Positions 1 to 64,000 of a DNA stretch of 64,000 nt are shown here, piece by piece (within the stretch, counting starts at the first letter, position 1; every line of letters begins with the position of its first letter). Source of the DNA: Chrysomallon squamiferum. Its lineage: Eukaryota > Animalia > Mollusca. The notes under the pieces are model-generated. The model was not told where the DNA came from, did no database searches, and saw only the letters and a program-made list of their open reading frames with translations. The stretch covers positions 10,168,001 through 10,232,000 of the forward strand of contig CM022676.1 of assembly GCA_012295275.1 (NCBI GenBank), read 5' to 3'. The position numbers were made by a program, and so were the translations under genes.

Positions 1-214
1 CAATAAAAAAAAGAAAACAGACACTGAAAAGTGTTAGATATCACAATAAAACACGATTAAAAAATCGATATAAACATGGTGGAAATTTAGATCTTTAATT
101 TTGTTTTGTTTTTTTGTCAATATTTAACACCTACTGACAATTATATCTGCCTTGTTAATATTTATGACTACAAAAATGTGAAATTTAAGGCAGTTAGGAA
201 TTACTTTTATTATA

Positions 215-269
<55 letters not shown>

Positions 270-1660
270 TATATATATATAATTATTATTATCATATGCT
301 ATTTCTGAAATGTGAAATGATTATGGACAATAATAAAACAGAGGTATTCCAGCATTAAATAAATGAATATATAAATAAAAAGCAAAAATAACATTTATTA
401 CTAAAAGAAAAAATATTATATTTCTTTCATTATTAATGCTCCATTTTTGAAATATAAAATGTTTACAAATATGAAATAAATTTGTAATGAATTTTACAAA
501 ACAATGTTATTAATGGTACATAAAATTATTTAAAAAAAAAGAAAAGAAGAATAACAGAAAAAAGTCAATGACATTACAAAATGAAAGACAAAAAGAAGAA
601 AAATCCATAATATGTGAATAAAATTGAATAAGACATTTACAAAATGTTTTTTTAAATTTTTTTTTTTTTTCACATCCCACCATGTTTTGTTAACTGACAG
701 GAGTAAAGATGAAATATTTAAAAGTGCAGAGGGTCAAAGGTCACTAAATATTCTTAAAGACTACAAGAATACATTTATTATGGAAAAACAATTCTATTTC
801 ACAAATAAACTACCCAAATAAACCCACACACAAAAAACAATTTTTTTATGAAAAGTGATAAAGGCCAACAACCTGCATTATAAAACAAATAATACATTAT
901 TATAAAAAAAATGTTTTTTTTTTAAAATTAAAAATTTCACACATATAAAAATGTTATTACTAAGAACTACACAAACATATATATATATTTTTTTTAAATG
1001 TGCCGGTTAATATTTTTAACAATATGGACGGAATATAAATAAAGTTAAATTTGAATATAAAAAAACACTCAAAATGGTTATTTTAACCAAATAAATTTAA
1101 AAAATAATACATAGGCCCTTTTTTTCAGTTATTTTTCTTTTATATATAAAAGGATACCAAATATTTTCCAAACTATTTCTTTAATGTTGTGCTTTTAACA
1201 AACTGTTTTGATTTAAAAATTAAATATTTGTTACAAAAACCTGTATAATTTCTAAATATATGTAACACTAAAGTTAGTAATAATAAGTAATGAAAATATA
1301 TAATTAGAATAAAAACCCAACCCAACATAAAATAACACATTTTTAAAAATTGGAAAAATATAAAATAATGGGCTCTTTCTTTTAATAAATGTTATCACAA
1401 CAGAAAAATAAATAAAATAAATAAAATATAACAAAATAAAATAAAATAAAATAAATATCACAGATCTGCATTAAAAATCAGAAATAAATAAAATTGGTGA
1501 CATTATTTTTTATTATAAATATTTAAAATATAAATAAATTAATTAATGAAAAAGATATCACAGTTTAGCAATTTTATAAAAACTCGTAAGATAAATGATA
1601 AACAAAAAATAAAATGCAGTAATAGTAGGTTTAATGATAATAATAAAAATACACAAATAA

Positions 1661-1692
<32 letters not shown>

Positions 1693-2418
1693 CACTAATA
1701 ACCATAACTGCCATCATCATCATTGTTAATATTATTATAATTATTATTATTATATAAAATAAACAAATAATTAATTACAAATGTGATCAGCAATATAAAA
1801 TAGTGAAATTTATATGTCACAGAATAATAATCAAATTTATTGGACAAAATTTTATTTTTAAACAAAACTGCACCAACACAATATAAAATTCTTAATGAAA
1901 TGTTCTTTAATCACTGACACAAAACAAATATGTGTAAAACTCTTAGTAAGGTCACTTAATAAAACAGCGAGGTAAACATTCATAAAATGTTAACTGCTTA
2001 GTAAATAAAACATTTATGGATTGTCAAGTTATAGATTAAAATTATTATTATTTGGTTTTTTTTGGATAAATTTTTCACTTTTTCTTCACATATAAAATAT
2101 GTTTTAGTACATTATTTAATTAATTAAAAACAAAATAAAAAATTAAAAAAATCCACTAATAATCTTAAATAAAATAATCTTGTATGCTAGAAATAATGTT
2201 CTTGAATATAATTTTTGTTGTTTTTGCATGCTGTACTCAACAAAACATACACTTGCATGAGATATTGATGAAGATTACTAATTTCTCTTGACATTCATTA
2301 ATTATTTATCAGATTAATCTTAAATCCTTAAATCTTGTAGATTAAAAGTACTGTCCTTCAGAACCTAAATTTATTTATATCTTACCTAATTATATTCAAA
2401 AATTTCATAACATATTTC

Positions 2419-2624
2419 TTTTCAGTTTATGTAATTCATTATCACTGTCATTGTTGTAACTAATAATAGTAATCCATTCATCTTCTGGATTAAATAAAAT
2501 TAAATTTAAAAAAAAAAAAATCATATGTATAACGTATTTCAACAAGTACCCTTTTCAGTTTATGAAATTAATTACCACTGTCATTGTTGTAACTGATAAT
2601 ATTAATCCATTAATCTTCTGGATT
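2419..2624. repeat. About 73-bp direct duplication in the presumptive 3' UTR
   Basis: ttttcagtttatg...cactgtcattgttgtaact...atcttctggatta at 2419 and 2552. Confidence 0.85.
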
Positions 2625-2763
2625 AGGATTTACTTATACACTGAGCATCTCCTCTAGTATTTACCAAATAAATAAATAATAATAAAAATTCTCCCCTCCC
2701 CACCATTAAAAAAAAAAAAATTATAATAATAATAAAAAAAAAAAAAAAAAAAATCCTTGGACT

Positions 2764-60821
<58,058 letters not shown>

Positions 60822-60854
60822 CGTTTTTCTCTTACAGAAACAAAAAATACTGTT

Positions 60855-60995
60855 CTAGTTTGTGATGTGTACGTTTACTTATATTTATACCCTTAAAGCC
60901 CGTTAGCGTAAGCCTCGTTTTAAACACCGAGCCTCGGTTTCGTCGTCAAGCCTCGGCCTGGTTGGCGAGCCTCGTTTTCGTTGGTTACGTCAGAA
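60855..60995 (-). promoter_or_regulatory. Putative core promoter: TATAAATA plus upstream phased CGAGGCT heptamers and TGACGTAA
   Basis: Minus-strand GGGTATAAATATAAG at about 60878-60892, about 60 bp upstream of the ATG. Confidence 0.45.
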
Positions 60996-63477
60996 GTGAC
61001 CGAAAACAAATGTCGTTGTTATTGATTGATATGAACCAATAATCTTTAAAGCAGTGAAGCGGGATTAATTGCGCCAGCGAACATTGGCATTGCAGTACTA
61101 AATGAATGAAATGAGGTTAGTTCGACAAAACCTTGGTGTCATTTACGGAGCATGCGTTAAAATGATGTTTGTGCCCTGAACCGAAACGCCATGCTCTGCC
61201 AGGACAAAGTAAAATCGTAACTGAAAAATTAATAACTGTAAACTGAACAAATAAACAAGGCAAATAAAATGTAAAACAAAACAAAACAAAACGAAAAAAA
61301 AAAAAAAAAACCAGAATAAAACAAACAAAAAAAAAAAACAAAACAACGAAAATATAGATAACAATAATAAAAAATATATAACTAAAATTTGACAATAAAA
61401 TATTAACTAAATAAATAAATAAATAAGTAAGTAAAAATTAAAATAATAAATAAATAAATAAGACAAAATAAATAAAAATTAATATATAAATAAATAAGTA
61501 AAAGAAAGTTCGTTCCCTCATATAATATTAAATAATCGACACTACTAAATTTTTTGGTTGAATATAATTTTATTATCCTTTATCTAAATCTTTAATTTGT
61601 TGCACAAGACTTTATTATTAGTTTAAATTTTTCATAGCCCATTCCCTGCCGTCACCATCCCTAGATTTACTGGAGATAATCCCTGCAAATTACGATTATC
61701 GTCTGCTGCATAAAAATGGCACGTCTAAAAAATAACTTGTAAAGATTAAAGTATTAACGTATGACGTCAGTGCAGGAGTTCTTAATTCAAGACCTGTTTA
61801 CTTACGAGATTTGGCGTAAAACGTACTATATTTATGTGTTGTTGTTTGTTTTTACTGTACACTGATCAAAATTACGATTTTTAAATGAAAAATTATATAA
61901 TTTGTTTTTACTTTATTTCTATTTTATTTTTTAAGGGATAATTTATTTTGGGGTATGTTTTCTGAGTTAACACCGGTCAGTTATCGCGCAGACTCAACAA
62001 TGGCCGATAAGTGAAAACGTCACCTGCACGATACAAATGAAGATAAAGAAACTGTTGCGAAGATAAAATGAAAAAAAAAAAAGAACAAAAAGTAAGAACA
62101 ACAACAACAACAACAAAAATAACCTCTTATCAAAAAATTTCGCCAGTGGTACACAACTATAAGCAAAATGTACTCGTTTCTCGTCAAAGGCGCCGAGAAC
62201 AATAATCTGCAAGTTGCCTTTCTCGATTACAAGAACGATTAGATAAATAAATAAATAAAAGCAACATCTACAACAAACAAACGAAAAATAATAATAATAA
62301 CTATAACTACTTACTATTATTACTTTTTTCTACTGCTACTACTATTATTATTGTTATTATTATTATTATTACTACTGTTACTACTTCTGTTCCTACCATT
62401 ATTTAATTATCTATCTTATTTATTTTATTTTATTTTATTTTATTTTATTTATGTTTTTCTTCTTCTTATTAATCATGAAGTCGAATATTTTCTGGTGAAC
62501 AGTTGATTACAAAAACATAATTTTATTACTAATAAAACCGCTTCTTAATTTACTTCTTTCTTGCTGACCTTTACTCTTTTTCACTGTCACTGTACTATAA
62601 TTGTACTATCTTTAGCAGTAAGCAGATACGTATTATTTTCCTTTCTTTAACACCCATACAAAATTATAGAGCAGTTTATACAGTGCTGACTTGAACTTAA
62701 TCGGCTTTTATTCCTTTCTCGGTAATTCCTCTAATAACCATGCGCACCACAAATGCCTTTCTAATAACTAATTATGTTTATTTGTTTGCATATGTATGTA
62801 TACAATTATGTCTCCTTGTCTGTCTGGACGTATCTAAATATCTTAAATTCCATTCATATTTGAAGCTTGCTTAACGGTAATAAATAACAAATAATCGATT
62901 AAGTTTGATAAACAAGAAAAGAAAAGTGGAAGTGTTTTTGAATTACGTTACGTTGAATTAATTTAATTTTTTGCTACTACCACTTCTGCTGCTAGTACTG
63001 TCGCTTCAGTCATATATAATTTTTAAATTATTTTTACGTCTATTAATAAACCTAATAACAGCAACACAACAATACTATTTTTATTACTATTTAATATATA
63101 ATAATAATAAAATAACAACGATAATAATAATAATAATAATAATATTATTAATAATAATAATAATATTATTATTATTATTTATTATTACTATTATTTAAGA
63201 AATAAAAACAGCTTTAACTAGTGTATATACGGTAATAATAGAGTTCTTTCAAACTGATATTTCATTTAGTTCCCGCCAAACAAACAAAAATAATAATAAT
63301 AATACTGTTGAAATCCAAATTAGTAGCCTGCTAACCGGTCTATTTGATGAAATAATTTGTTTGTGTAAATTACGCGGTGTTCCTCGAAAAAACACAAACA
63401 AGCTATTTTTCTAAGTCTGCTACTGACCCAGATCAAAAGAGACTTCGTCAGCGCATAATCAGAAAGGTCACGTCAAT

Positions 63478-63982
63478 TAATAGGTCGATCAATGTCGGAC
63501 AAACATTTGAAACCCCTGCTGGATGCCTGGCACGTTTTAACATGCGACAAGCAGCAGAAACTCAATTAATTTATGACGTCACTGATAAATCCCGCAATCG
63601 TTTCAGTTAATACCTTAATTTGGGGTTATTTTGTTTGTTGTTTAAAGCCCATACAAAATTTCAAGCAGTTTATACAACGCTGTTTTAATGTAATCGGCTG
63701 CCCCCTCCCGGTTTTCGACATTGCCACAGAAAACACGCCACCCCCCCAAAAAAACCATGCATGTAAAGGATTTTTTTTATTTTTTATTTTAATAAATGAT
63801 AAATGTATATTTGTGCGTATATGTTCATGTGTGCAACTGACTCACATCACGAGACGATGTGGTTTAATTTGTCTGCGCGTAAGTACACAAAGATCACGGG
63901 GGTTAATAGGTCGATCAGTGTCAAGAACTTGAAACCACTGCTGGACGCCGGACGCGTTTTGACATGTGACAAGTTGCAGACG
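63478..63982. repeat. Diverged direct repeat of about 80 bp, spaced about 427 bp
   Basis: aataggtcgatca.tgtc...ttgaaacc.ctgctgga.gcc...cgttt..acatg.gacaag at about 63478 and 63905. Confidence 0.75.
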
Positions 63983-64000
63983 ACAGAGAAAAATAATTAT

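Noticed and set aside
1-2763. Polyadenylation site of the gene
   Set aside because: Numerous AATAAA hexamers in extremely AT-rich sequence; none can be singled out.
61148-61196. Possible upstream exon (tggcag|AGCATGGCG...CC|gtaaat)
   Set aside because: No signal peptide or family similarity and no convincing downstream acceptor; it could be a 5' UTR exon but is unsupported.

Overview
Eukaryotic, very AT-rich, microsatellite-dense genomic DNA (invertebrate-like, possibly molluscan; this is inference). It is occupied almost entirely by one minus-strand gene, a fibrocystin-L / PKHD1L1-family giant type I membrane protein. By hand I traced 57 readable coding exons plus 3 garbled ones, from a signal-peptide exon (ATG at 60821) to the stop at 2764, giving roughly 4,350 readable aa. 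Domain order: signal peptide, IPT/TIG repeats, PA14, more TIG, a cupredoxin-like insert, G8, beta-helix (PbH1), second G8, beta-helix, SEA-like regions, TM helix, and a tail of about 85 aa. Intron phases chain correctly except at seven lesions: three garbled exons, two 1-nt frameshifts and two missing donors. These are more likely assembly/consensus errors than pseudogenisation. The most unusual recurring pattern is that many intronic tandem repeats are built from the adjacent exon-intron junction itself, giving arrays of decoy 5' or 3' splice sites beside at least seven exons. Other points of note are a juxtamembrane SEA-type RPG/SVII motif, a fibrocystin-like ciliary-targeting juxtamembrane sequence, a perfectly 19-bp-phased heptamer array beside the TATA box, CRE enrichment near the 5' end, and a Tc1/mariner-type MITE. 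No prokaryotic features are present. Almost all ORFs in the supplied track are microsatellite translations or antisense shadows.
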